A stretch of DNA of 60,423 nt, the filler included, from Nemertoderma westbladi (lineage: Eukaryota; Animalia; Xenacoelomorpha), in the NCBI GenBank assembly GCA_032718475.1. It is 2 parts of 2 records of this genome, joined end to end, with 100 filler letters (N's around TTAATTAATTAA, not from the genome) between each part and the next. Parts side by side here need not be neighbours in the genome. Positions count along the whole stretch, not along the records: positions 30,986 to 60,423 come from JAUCBJ010006211.1; 1 more part is not named here. One strand, given 5' to 3'. Below the pieces are notes generated by a model. It ran no database searches and was not told the origin of the DNA. It saw only the letters and a program-made list of their open reading frames with translations. Below are positions 37,920-50,454 of the stretch, piece after piece. Position numbers and translations under genes: made by a program. How positions within the stretch are numbered: position 1 is the first letter of the stretch; every line of letters begins with the position of its first letter.

Positions 37920-38912
37920 AAATTTTGGTGCTAGCACCAAATTCCGTACCCATCACCAAAAAGTACAAGTTTGAGATGTCCAGTGCTGTTTTTATTGATT
38001 TCATCGGATTCAGAACCCTAACCGTATAACGCAAGAAACAAGATGATACTATCTTCTGATCAATTTACTCTTTTTCCAAAATTTGGTGCTGGCACAACAA
38101 TTTTCACCCACCGGCGAAAAATTCAAGTTTGAAAACTCTTATGAAATTTTTACCGATTCCATTGAATTCAGAACCCTAACAAACCCGTATAACGCAAGAA
38201 ACAAGATGACACAATCAATTGATATGTTTGATGGTTTTCAAAATTTGGTGCTAGCACCACATTTTGCACCCACTTCCGAAAAATACAAGTTTGAGATGTC
38301 TAGTTCGATAATTATATATTCCATTGAATTCAGAACAGCCATAAACCTCTAAAATGCAAGAAATAAATTGTCACAAGCAATGTGTTAGCACCAAAATTTG
38401 CACACAGCACCGAAAAATGCAAGTTTGATACGCTTGGTGCAACTCGTATATATTTTATCGAAACCAGAACCCCAAAAATTCCCAATTGCAACAAATCAAA
38501 CAATCAATTTACAAAATTGACATATTTCAAAATTTGGTGCTGGCACCAAAATTTGGCACCCGCCGAAAAAAACAAGTTTGAAATTTCTAAATCAATTTAT
38601 ATGAATTCCATCCAATTGCTAACACCAAAAAACCGATGTAAATCAAAAATAGAGATGTTACAATTAATTTTTAATGAAATGTAATTTTCAAAAAACGTCT
38701 CAAAAAAGTGCCAAAACTAGGGTTAAAAAATGGTGCTATAATTCGAAAACTACCCAATATTTTTGAAAACGGTTTTCACTACTAGGAAGACAATAGATTT
38801 TTAGGAAAATTCATAAAATTTCAGATTCCCAACTGCGTTTGTTTCAGAATTATAATAAAAAAACCACGGGAAAGGGTCATATTGACCCCCCCTCCCCCCG
38901 GGTTTAATAGGG
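37920..38912 (+). mobile_element. Left-truncated copy of the piggyBac-type MITE at 56074-57523
   Basis: High identity to 56500-57523; ends ...TAGGG|TTAA. Confidence 0.85.
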
Positions 38913-39110
38913 TTAATCGGTTATGAACAATTGGGAGATGGTAATCATCAATTTTAAAAAGATAAAGAGGGGTATCGTCGTTGAAAAAAGTCTCGGTGAA
39001 TGTGAGAACTTCAAATTTGAAATCTGGTGATTTTAGAAAAAATTAATTGCGTCGAAATTGAGAGATAAACTAAAGCAATTTAGATGGAACACTGAAAATG
39101 ATTGTTTTTT

Positions 39111-39575
39111 TGAGTCTGCGAAATCGTTTCTAGAAGTCTGGGGAGTATATGAGTCAGCAAAATCGTTTCTAAAAGTCTGGGGGGTATATGAGTCTGGAAA
39201 ATCGTTTCTAAAAGTCTGGGGGGTATATGAGTCTGGAAAATCGTTTCTAAAAGTCTGGGGGGTATATGAGTCTGCAAAAACGTTTCTAAAAGTCTGAGGG
39301 GTATATGAGTCTGGAAAATCGTTTCTAAAAGTCTGGGGGGTATATGAGTCTGGAAAATCGTGTCTAAAAGTCTGGGGGGGTATATGAGTCTGCAAAATCG
39401 TTTCTAAAAGTCTGGGGGGTATATGAGTCTGGAAAATCGTTTCTAGAAGTCTGGGGGGGGGGGGGGGTATATGAGTCTGCAAAATCGTTTCTAAAAGTCT
39501 GGGGGGTATATGAGTCTGCAAAATCGTTTCTAAAAGTCTGGGGGCTATATGAGTCAGCAAAATCGTTTCTAGAAG
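39111..39575. repeat. 39-bp minisatellite, left part (target of element 2)
   Basis: Unit TCTGGGGGGTATATGAGTCTGCAAAATCGTTTCTAAAAG; resumes at 54430. Confidence 0.95.
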
Positions 39576-40156
39576 TGTGACGGGATCGATGGATTCCGAT
39601 TTATCCAGTTGGGTTTTCTATCTACGCGTCCCCGCCGTGTGTGTAAAAGGGTTAGTTTAGAGTTCTGAAGTTCTTTGATCGATATGTGTAAAATACAATG
39701 CATAGAGTGATATAAGCACAGTTAATAGGATTAAAGTGAGCAAATGATATACCGGTAGGTAAGTATTACATATGGTGGCGTCGGTAGACGGTAATAGAAG
39801 TTCCCGTTTCACCCTAACTGAACTGATTAACTAAACTGAATTAATTGGCACAACAAATGATAATATATATTGCACCGTTGGCCGCATTACATTACTCAGT
39901 CGATGCTTGCCCTCCCATTGGCTAACAACTCACTTCTCGCCTCCCATCTCACTGGGAGTGTTCCCCCCCCCCCCCCCACTGCTGTTATTCTCTCTCTCGG
40001 AGGTAAAAACCTCTGACCCCCTTTGTGTGTTCCCCTGGGGCCTGTTGTCCCCGTTTATTGGGGTGACACGAGGTTGATTGGTAATCAACCTCGTGCTCCC
40101 AATATTGCTTAAAGCCAACTTTTTGGGGCTGGCTAGCGGAATTGAATACGCTAACA
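39576..40156 (-). repeat. 3' LTR of element 2
   Basis: Direct repeat of 53856-54429 with roughly 14 substitutions and 1-2 indels by eye; preceded on the minus strand by PPT TTGGGGGGAG (40157-40166). Confidence 0.95.
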
Positions 40157-41082
40157 CTCCCCCCAAGCTATCTTCCCGGTGAGAAGATAGCATCCACCTC
40201 TAGTGCGCTACAATTCCGCTGGATCCCGATCTACCATCGGGTGTGGGGTGGAGTTATTTTTCCCGGAGCCGGCTTTCCAGGCCGCTCCCTATGGGTATAA
40301 TATTGCTACCCCGTCTTGGTACAACTCTACCTATCTAGTACCAAGACATCTGGCGTCCCGTGTCGGGCCGATCGTGCGCTCCTCTCACTCGACTTTTGTT
40401 TTCCCAACACTTTCACCACTCTAACTCCGCTCTATCCCTTACTCCAACTTCTCAACCACTCCAACTCTTACTCCTCCCCCGCCCCACACTCGAATTGCAC
40501 TCCTCTCACTGTTCCTCATCCTGTCAAAAATCTCCTCTCCACTCTCCCCCTGATTCCCATTCTCGCTTTTGTCCCTTACACATTCATCGGGCCCCACACA
40601 TGTGTACATCATGTTAGTGGGAACCGTCTAAGTCCCGTCCTGTCGCCCTAGTTAATTAGTCCCCAGTCCCAGTAGCTAATTGGAAAAGGTTGTGCTTGAC
40701 TACGGTACATACTTTATAATATATATATGCGAGTTACTTATATAAATATTATATGGCTATTATTATCATATGTTCGTGGTATTTCAACTTTTCATAACGC
40801 GAGTTGAATATTTTTTGTATTTATTTAAAATGATTATTCCGATATCACTACTGGGTGCGGGACTATGGGTTTTGGGCACATTCTATGAACTGGGGGCGAT
40901 TTATGGGCGAACATTGGGGCAACTTACAGGGTACGGGAATAATTTCATAGTTATAAGGGCCAGGGGTGGGAGGCAAAGTTAAGCAGTATTCAGGTTAGCC
41001 TGAGTACTATTAGGCCCTGGCCAACTTCCTGCTGCCTGTAGAGGTGGATTTGGTAACGCACCAGGCCTAAAGGACAAGGACT

Positions 41083-41882
41083 GCCCTTAGCGGCCCCTGG
41101 CCAACAGCAGTTATTACGAGCCTGAAAAGGACATCGGAACGCCGGCTGCTTGCGCCAGGGATTTGCGACGGGAAACGATAGCCCCCTTAGCTAAGCCGTA
41201 CTGGTTCTCGATGACCGATCCCTTCGGGGTTCGCGAGGGGTGGGACGGACATGCGAAAGGGTGGCCGACTAACAGAGGACGGGTTTGACGAGGACTTCCC
41301 TTAGCGGTCTCTGGTCAACAGCAGTTATTACGAGCCTGAAAAGGACATCGGAACGCCGGCTGCTTGTACCAGGGATTTGCGAAGGGAACCGACGACAGAC
41401 CCCTGAGCTAAGCCGTACTGGTTCTCGATGATCGTTCCCTTCGGGGTTCGTGAGGGGTGGGACGGACATGCGACGGGGTCGAAAGACAAAGGACTGGACG
41501 CTACTGGCCTACCGACTGTTCGGAGCAGTTTCTTGGCTGCCGAAGCGACTACGAGCCTGAATAAGGACTCGGAAAGCCTAGGTGGTTGGGTCTCTGCGAT
41601 GAACCGATGGACCCCTAGCCAAGCCGTACTGGTTCTCGATGATCGAACCCTTCGGGGTTCGGGAGGGGTGGGACGGATGCGCGAACGGGTCCACCGACAC
41701 GACAGACTCCTAGCCAAGCCGTACTGGTTCTTGATGATCGATCCCTTCGGGGATCGGCAGGGGTGGGACGGATAAGCAACAGAGTCTACCGACTGGACCG
41801 ACCCTTAGCCAAGCCGTGCTGGTTCTCGATGATCGATCCCTTCGGGGTTCAGGAGGGGTGGAACGGACACGCAACAGGGTCG
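41083..41882 (+). ncRNA. Putative array of eight structured RNA hairpins (A-B-A-B-A'-B-B-B), antisense to element 2
   Basis: B modules: long stem, GAU bulge with tandem GA/GA, cUUCGg loop, covarying basal stems. A modules: nested stems capped by CCU-GAAA-AGG. Expression not shown. Confidence 0.55.
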
Positions 41883-42694
41883 ACCGACACCGACACTACG
41901 GCACTAAGACCAGGACTGGGGAACATTAGGTAGGCTAAAATCTGGGGAACATTGGGTAGGCTAAAATCTGAGTGAACAGTGGGTAATTAAATAATATACT
42001 GTAGGGATTTATATTGTCGTGTATAATTATTGTGAATATTTGGTGTATATTGATTTGGGGAAGCCCAATTAATTATCAATCAGGATTCAATGTTGTTGAA
42101 CAGGATTCAACTGTAGGAAGTTACATTAAAGAGTATATCCAACCAATGCAATTTTTCCTCAACCGCAATCCTGCATTCAAGATATCATTCCTTCTCCACA
42201 ATCAATATCCGGTGACTGGCCGGGACTCTGTGGTCTGTAAAGTCACGTCTCCAGCATCGGCGTTTTCCCCCCTGGTGTTTGGGATAACGGCAACATCATA
42301 TATTATATTATATACTCGTCTACATAACTCGCCTCATTCTCTTTCGGCCTTTCTCCCCTGGCGACTTCTTCCAGTCGCTTCTCCCCAAATCTATGCTTCC
42401 AACTTCTCCCACGTGATATGTGTATCCACTTCCCTGTCTACTAGATGCCGGCTGTTGTATTACTCCGACTCGCCCTTCAGCCCCAGGTGGTCTACCAGAC
42501 CTTCGAAGGCCACCTTGAAGGCTTTTCTGTAGTTCGGAGGTGATCCCAATATTCTTGATTTTTTTTTGTTTTGTATTATCTCTGTTTTGTGCTATTACCC
42601 TACCTACCTTTCTTGCTACTATTTCTATGATATATCGTGCTCTCTTATCTCTTACTATATACTATATCTTATACATATCCTCCTACCACCAATT

Positions 42695-43699
42695 CTTGCT
42701 ACTAACGGCACTCTACGTACCCTCTTACTAACTAATTCTACAACTAACTACTACTCTTACTAACTGGTACTACGTACCCTCTTACTGAGCTTAAACTCCC
42801 ACTAACTCTTTCTAACCGGTACTACGTACCCTCTTACTAACCTCTAACTCCCACTAACTCTTACTAACCGGTACTACGTACCCTCTTACTACTAATCTCT
42901 TACTACCTAACTAGCGGTACTACGTACCCTCTTACTGACCTCTAACTCCCACTAACTCCTACTAACCGGTACTATGTACCCTCTTACTAACCTCTAACTC
43001 CCACTAACTCTTACTAACCGGTACTACGTACCCTCTTACTACTAATCTCTTACTACCTAACTTGCGGTACTACGTACCCTCTTACTAACCTCTAACTCCC
43101 ACTAACTCTTACTAACGGTACTACGTACCCTCTTACTAACCTCTAACTCCCACTAACTCCTACTAACCGGTACTACGTACCCTTTTACTACTAACCTCTT
43201 ACTACCTAACTAGCGGTACTAGGTACCCTCTTACTAACCTCTAACTCCCACTAACTCTTACTAACGGTACTACGTACCCTCTTACTAACCTCTAACTCCC
43301 ACTAACTCCTACTAACTGGTACTACGTACCCTTTTACTACTAACCTCTTACTACCTAACTAGCGGTACTACGTACCCTCTTACTAACCTCTAACTCCCAC
43401 TAACTCCTACTAACTGGTACTACGTACCCTCTTACTACTAATCTCTTACTACCTAACTAGTGGTACTACGTACCCTCTTACTAACCTCTAACTCCCACTA
43501 ACTCTTACTAACAGTACTACATACCCTCTTACTAACCTCTAACTCCCACTAACTCCTACTAACCGGTACTACGTACCCTCTTACTACTAATCTCTTACTG
43601 TCTAACTAGCGGTACTACATACCCTCTTACTACTAATCTCTTATTATCTAACTAGCGGTACTATGTACCCTCTTACTACTAATCTCTTACTATCTACAG
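42695..43699. repeat. Compound tandem repeat of GGTACTACGTACC hairpin plus ACTAAC motifs in element 2 3' region
   Basis: About 20 units of 45-52 bp in two alternating types; about two dozen TACTAAC on the plus strand. Confidence 0.9.
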
Positions 43700-43837
43700 G
43701 CTGCGTACCTATTATGTACTATTACTTTCATTATTTTATTTATTTATTTTTTTTTTTTATATTTATGTGTGGGAAGGGCGTCTCGCCCTCAATCCCACCC
43801 CCCTCAGTCCAAACTTGGACAACTAAACTCTACTCGA

Positions 43838-46800
43838 CTAAGGTGCTCCCTCTAACAGGCAGCACTTCCCTACAGCCCTCCTGTAGATCTTCCTATCTTT
43901 CGCCCCTATCTTGCCACCTATCCGCACTTCTACCGATCGGACTCTTTCGTCCTCATCGGAGTAAGTGCCCACAACTCTCACCAACTGCCACTGGTTGTTG
44001 ATAATGGTATCGTCCGTGACGATCACCAGATCACCCTCCTTCAACTCCCTGTTTGTATTTCTCCACTTGCTTCTCCTATGAAGCGTGGGTAGGTATTCCT
44101 CGACCCACCTCCTCCAGTACTCCGTGCTTATTGCCTTAGCGACTTTCCAACTCTGGCGGGAGTGTATATCGTCTGGGTCTACACCCCGCATGTCGATTGT
44201 CGCTGGCCTTTCCATTAGAAAGTGACTGGGCGTCAGCACATCTAATGACTCAGGGTCATCATTTTCTGGATATAGCGGTCTGCTATTAATGATACCCTCA
44301 CACTTTGCTAGTACCGTTCTTAGTACGTCCTCTGTAACCATGTGGGTGTTCATCAACTTCGTCATCAGACGTTCGAACTACCCACGAGTCTCTCGACGCA
44401 TCCTAGAGTATGCGGAGCATACGGCGTCCTCCTCTCCCACTTTACCTGTCGCCTTCTCATGGCTGCCCTGACTTCCTCCCCTTCCAGGATATCCAAGGCC
44501 TCTGCTATCTCGTTCCCTGCCCCCACAAAGTTGGTTCCGTTGTCAGAATATATTACTGCGATTTTCCCACCTTTGCGGTCTCTGAACCTTTCTAGAGCAT
44601 TAATAAATGCTGATGCAGTTGCATCTTGGGCGAGTTCTATCCCTACCGCTCGCGTGTTATTACACACAAAGATGATACCGTAGCTTTTCTCCGTGTGTCG
44701 CATCACCTTAATCTTTATTGGCCCGAACATATCCACACCGCAATGCGTAAATGGCGGGTAATTTTCTCTTACCCTACTCGCTGGTAGTGGAGCCATCTCC
44801 TGTATGGCTAGCTCCTTCTTCGTTCATTGGCAGGTCTGGCACTGCCCCACTACTGCCTTTACTTTCTTCCTCAACTGTTTGACCCAAAAGGTCCTCCGTA
44901 TCTCCGTGAGGGTCCGGTTGGTGCCCTTGTGCAATATCGACTTATGGGAGTCCCATATAATCTGGTGGACTATCGCGATCTATTAGGGATGATGATGGGC
45001 TTTGGTGGGATGACAATACTGTTGTTGTTCAACACCCTAGAGTTCATTACTAGGATCCCGTCATCATTGAGTTGTGGTGACAGCGCGATCAGCTCACTGT
45101 GCCGTTGGAGATGCTGTTGTTTACCGACGCATTCCACCTCGTCGCCGTAGTTCTTTCTCTGTTCATAGTGGATGATTGCCTTGGCCGCTCCCTCCAGATC
45201 GATGGTTGTTTGAATTTTTACGTCTTTGCCGACTCTCTTGAGGAAATTCCCGAAGGCTCTCCAGTACGCTACTAACTTCTTGGTCTTGTACCAACTAGAG
45301 CTGTAGCTAAGGAGTTTGTCCGTTGGGTTATCGCACAGTTCTCCCGGTTTTGGTTGCACGTCCCTTATCTCCCTCACCATTTGGCTGTATATCTCTTCAC
45401 TCTCTGAATCACCTTCCTCTTCCTCTAATGCTGCCTCTCCTGAGCCCGGGTCAACCTTTCTCATCGGCGGCCAGGCTGTCTTATCACTCAGAAATTGTGG
45501 CCCATGCTGCCACAATACTTCTTTCTTTAAGAAAGTGTGGCGTGCCACGCCCCTCAATAACAAGTCCGCTGGGTTCTCGTCCGTTGGGCAGTAGTGCCAC
45601 CTTTGTAACTCTGTGGTGGCCCTTATTTCGTCCACCCTATTTGCAATGAATATAGGGTACCTCGTCCTTTCGTTATGTAGCCAACCAAGCACTACCATGG
45701 AATCCGTCCAGTAGTGTGTCTCCACTATGTTGGGAATAGCGTCCATCAAGTAGGCTGTGGCCCTTACTCCTAACCTCACTGCTGTTAACTCGAGTTTTGG
45801 AACTGATGCCGAATCTGGTGGCGTCGACTTCGCCTTGCTGAATGCGAGTCTGGGCTTATGAGCCCCCCTCGTTGTACTAAGTAGAGTGCCGCTCCGTATG
45901 CTTCTAACGACGCATTGGAGAACATATGTAAATCCAGATTCGTCATGTCCCCATCTGGGAAATACACGCGTGGCATGCTGTATGTTCCCATCTGCTCTAA
46001 ACTCTCTGTCCACTTGCGCCACTGCTTCCTGATCTCTTCCGGGACCTCCGTGTCCCAATCCTCCTTCAATTTGTATACTCTCTTGAGTATCTGTTTCCCC
46101 GTGACTAGTAATGGGGAGGCTAGGCCTAGGGGATCGTATATCCTTGCTATGTACGACACATAGCCCCTCTTTGTGTGGATGTCTGCACCCTCCTGGCTCA
46201 ACTGATACTTCAGCTCATCTGTTTCTCTGTTCCACACGATCCCCAGTGCCTTCTGTTGGGACTCTATTCTCCTGCTCGCCATGTCCTGTCCCTTAGCTGT
46301 GGTGGGATTATCCATGGTCGATTCTGGTCTCTCGTCCTTTATGGCCTTGATAAATTCCTCTGAACTGGATTGGAATTTGGTTAGGTTAAAGCCGGATCCC
46401 TTAAGGATGTCGCGAACCTCGTGCCCTGTGTCCAGTAGTTCCTTAACCTTTTTTCCAGACTCCATCCCGTCGTCCACATAGAAGCCGCGTCGAATCATAT
46501 CGACGGCCCTAGCGCTGTATTTATCTTCCTTCCCCTCTACTGTATCTCTTACGGCCACAGTTGTCGTAAATGAAGATGACTTGGCTCCCATATTCTGTAC
46601 TATCATCTTGTACATCGGTATTGTCGACGGTTCCTTGTCGCCGTTGTACCATCTGTTGTACCGCTGTCGCTATCCTCTTCCGTCACACGGACTTGGTTGA
46701 ACATGCCTTCTATGTCACAGGTGAAGGCGTGTTTCCCATTCCTGAATCTGAGTAGGACCTCGATCCCTGAGTTGTAGATATTGGGACCCTCCAGCAGATA

Positions 46801-49006
46801 ATCGTTTAGGCATTTTCCGTTGGTCTTAGCTGATGCGTCAACTACCATCCACAGTTTACCTTTCTTCGGGTCTAAAGCCACATGGGGTGGCAGGTAATAG
46901 GTCCTGTCCGTGTTTGGTTTGTCGACCGGTAGTTCTACGGCCCATCCTTTCTCGACATACTTCCTGATCGTTTTGTGAATGTACTCATTCTTTTCAGGGC
47001 TCTGTTTTAGCGTCTGCTTCAACTTACGAAGCCTCGCGAGTAAGCAAAAAATTATTCGACTTTATTGTCGGGTAGCGGTAGCTTCGGTAGCTTCCATACC
47101 ATCCCTATGGTATACCGCCCCTCATCGCATCTCATCGACTCCTTTACGCTCTGTAGAGCCTGTTTATCTTCTACCGAGGTTCCGACCCCGGTCTCTTTTA
47201 ATCCCTCAAAATCCTGCTTGAGCAGTCTCCTGAGCTGCCCCTCCGCTCTCTCATCTCCCATCTCTCGCATAGTTCCCGCGAACAAGCACCCTGAAGTCTC
47301 CGACATTCTAAATGGTATCTTGTTCTTAATTGGGCCACTCAGCGTCCACCCAAATGGTGTTAAAATTGCCACCGGGTCACACTGCCTGTCTTCGCCGAAG
47401 ACCGTTCGAATTCTCTCGTGGGCCGTTGGGCAGTCCATTCCTACTATGATGGATACCTTCCTAATGTCCTACTCTGGGATTGAGAAATCGATACTGTCCA
47501 GGAATTTATATTGTTTGACCTCGATGTTGGTTGGCCGTCTGGCGTTGATATTTATCGACTCTATCACCTTGATGGGGTCGATGGTCGCCCCATAGTCGCA
47601 TCCGGTGCTACCGCTGCTATCGCGCACCATCCGGTCCTCATCTCCAGGACCTCATCTTTGCTGGAGATGGCTGTTACCGCCATTCTACTTGGCCTCATTC
47701 TCAATCCTATCTCTTCGGCCACCCAATTCTCGACTAATGTGAAGGCTGCTCCACTGTTGACCAGCATCAGTGTGGTCACTGATCGATTGCCTTCCCCGAT
47801 TATCCTTACCGGTACTACCCCGAGTAGTACTGTTCTTCTTTTTTTTGCCCCTACGGTGCTCGTTGCCATCGTTTGCCCTTTGCCTTGTCCGAACTTAATT
47901 GGCGTTTCTTTGCATTGATCGGCTCTGTGTCCACTCATCACACATTGAGAACAAATTTCATATCTCCTTGCGTATTCTGTCTGATCTTCCCTGGGTAGCG
48001 CCTGCCAATACCTGCAGTTCATGGTCTGATGAAGTGCATTTGTATGTAATTGGCATTTGTTCTTTGGGTTATAGCCATCCTTATACAGTGCGCTGCATAT
48101 CGCACTTGCATTCGTACCCAAGTCCCTACTGTTCTTATTACTTGGGTTCGGACTACTGGGCGTGCTGGGGTTATGTTTATTTGTGTTGTTATTTTTCCCC
48201 TGTCCGCTCCATGATGTGGTCTTACCCCCGGCTATTTGTGGACTAGCAGTCCCCTGCGTCACCGCGTATGGCAGTGACTGTCTGAGCTTCGGCAATGCGT
48301 TCGACGCGTTGTGTTCCGGTTTTAGCCTGTGGTAATCGGTCTTTGGTCCCTTTCCCAGGCTATCCTCGCTATAGACTGGGTCCGTTATTAATTCGGCATT
48401 GTAGTTCAAGAAGCTTGACATTTCTTCTAAACCCGGTTCCGCACCCTTCCTTTCTCGAGTGGAGAAAGCGATTTTCCTCCACTTATTGCGCAGCCATATC
48501 GGTAGTGCCTGCGCTATCGTGGTGATGTTGTTAGACGCATTGAGTTCGTATGGCGCGTCCAGCATCTTTAACACGATTAGAGCTTTCTCGACTTTGTTCG
48601 CAAATGTCTTTATGCTAATGGGATTATCCTGTAGGCCACCTGATGTTATACCTCTCAGGGTTTGCCGGATGATCTTGGCCGGGTGCCCGTATTCCCTGTC
48701 TAATGCCCGCCATGCTGTCGTGAAGCCGACCTCGATGCCCTGGTATTGCCTCACGATGTCGTTTGCTGGGCCTCCTGTATATACTTGCAGATATTTTAGG
48801 CACTCCGCCTGCGTCAAGTTCTTTGTTAATATTTTGTTACTATACATGCGCCAAAACTGTAGGTATTCTTCCGGCCTACTTCCATCGAACTTAAATGGCT
48901 CTACAGGTGGCAGTTCGATCCTGGTCTTTAAGGCATTGATTAATGTAGCCATTTCCATTGCCTGTGCCTCCAATGGGTTCGATGGATGCTGTATAGATTC
49001 TCCCAT
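43838..49006 (-). pseudogene. Frameshifted BEL/Pao gag-pol of element 2
   Basis: Gag PFKFDGS..EYLQFW, Cys/His knuckles, protease LVNSGA (D to N), RT CDIEGMFNQV and YVDD, RNase H FSNAS (D to N), integrase VDMFGP/SDNGTNF/VERLV, W..EYLP C-terminal domain; split over several frames. Confidence 0.93.
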
Positions 49007-50454
49007 TGGGTGCGGTCCGTTTGTCCTATTTGCTGCCCTGTGTTGGGTATGTCATAGGGGGTAGCAGCCCCCTCCATATTTCTGTGTCACACGATCTGTT
49101 CTCGTCCAAGGGGTTTGATATTCTTGCTCCTATTGGGGTATATTGTTGATATTGTGATGGGGGAATGTCACCCTGCCCCCCCCCCCCCCCACCGGTATGT
49201 TTGATACTGGGGTTGATGTTAATATATTGGGGCCCATGCACCTATCCGCAATAATTCTCCCCTCCCCTAGATATATGTTATGTCCTTGCATGCTGTAGTC
49301 ATACTGCTGTGCTGGTACCGGTATAGGCATATCAACTTCTGGCCTACCTACTGGTATGTACTCCAGGACTTCTGGGTTTAATCCCATCGTCCGCGCTACC
49401 CTATCGCCTACATTATCTCTCCCAGCATGGCCTATGGTATGTGCAGTGAGTCCTATAGTATGTCCTGCAGTCTGTATGTGTCGCTCGGGATCAAAGTTTA
49501 TTCTTCTCGAGTAATCCTCCCCGCGGCTACCGTATTCTCGATCGGTAGGTAGATCCCGCCGGGAAGTTTCTCTTCGACCCCCTCTACTACTCTTGTCCTC
49601 GTACCGGTACATCGCGTACCCCTCTCTCGGCACGTAGTGCGCCTCATCAGGTCGCCTTTCTCCGGGACAACGGCAATCTCCCGAATTTCGACCCCACTGA
49701 CTCTCCGTTCCCATCTCGACTACCGACGGCTTGCTATCCATCCTTGCTCTCCTGTCGTTCGCGACGACACTTCTTCTACTTTCTTCTCTTCTTCTCTCTA
49801 TAGTGCAGTATTCCTGCTTGTGAGATCTCTCGTCGACCTCCCGGTTAAACTCCACTGTTCTTCTTCCCTCTTCTGATTGGGCTCGACGCTTCGTCCACCC
49901 TCTCGCGACGTCAACCTGTCTCTCTCTGCTCGATCGCACGCTGCTGGGGATACTCGCAATCCCCCTATTACGCTCCATTGCTGGGTGTTGCAGTTTACCT
50001 AATTCGGCCCGCGCATTATCCGTTGATGCCTGTGGGGCACTCTCTGCCCCCCCCCCCCCCTCTCGCCGCTAACTTCTTGTTGTGGGGCTCCTGTAGCCCC
50101 CCCCCCCCCCCCCCACTCGCCACCTATCACTCCATTACCTCTTACTTCACTTCTACACTCCTCTCGAGTCGACGCACTATCTCTATTGCGGCTGGGTCTA
50201 TTCACCCCTGCCTCTCTCTCTACTACTGCGAGGCCTACCAGGCCCCCCTCGGGTTGACTCAACCCCGCCACCTCCTACCTACTAACTACGTGGTCTACCA
50301 GGCCCCCTTCGGGTTGGCTCAACCCCGCCACTTCCTGCCTACTAACTACGTGGCCTACCAGGCCCCCTTCGGGTTGGCACAGCCCCTCCACTTCCTGCCT
50401 ACTGACTGTACGGCCTACCAGGCCCTCATTTGCCGGGTTATGCACGTCTGACAC

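Noticed and set aside
41181-41882. SECIS elements, H/ACA guides or known small ribozymes
   Set aside because: ATGA..GA core is present but there is no apical AAR and no selenoprotein ORF; internal loops are too small for pseudouridylation pockets and ACA placement is inconsistent; no hammerhead, HDV or twister core seen.
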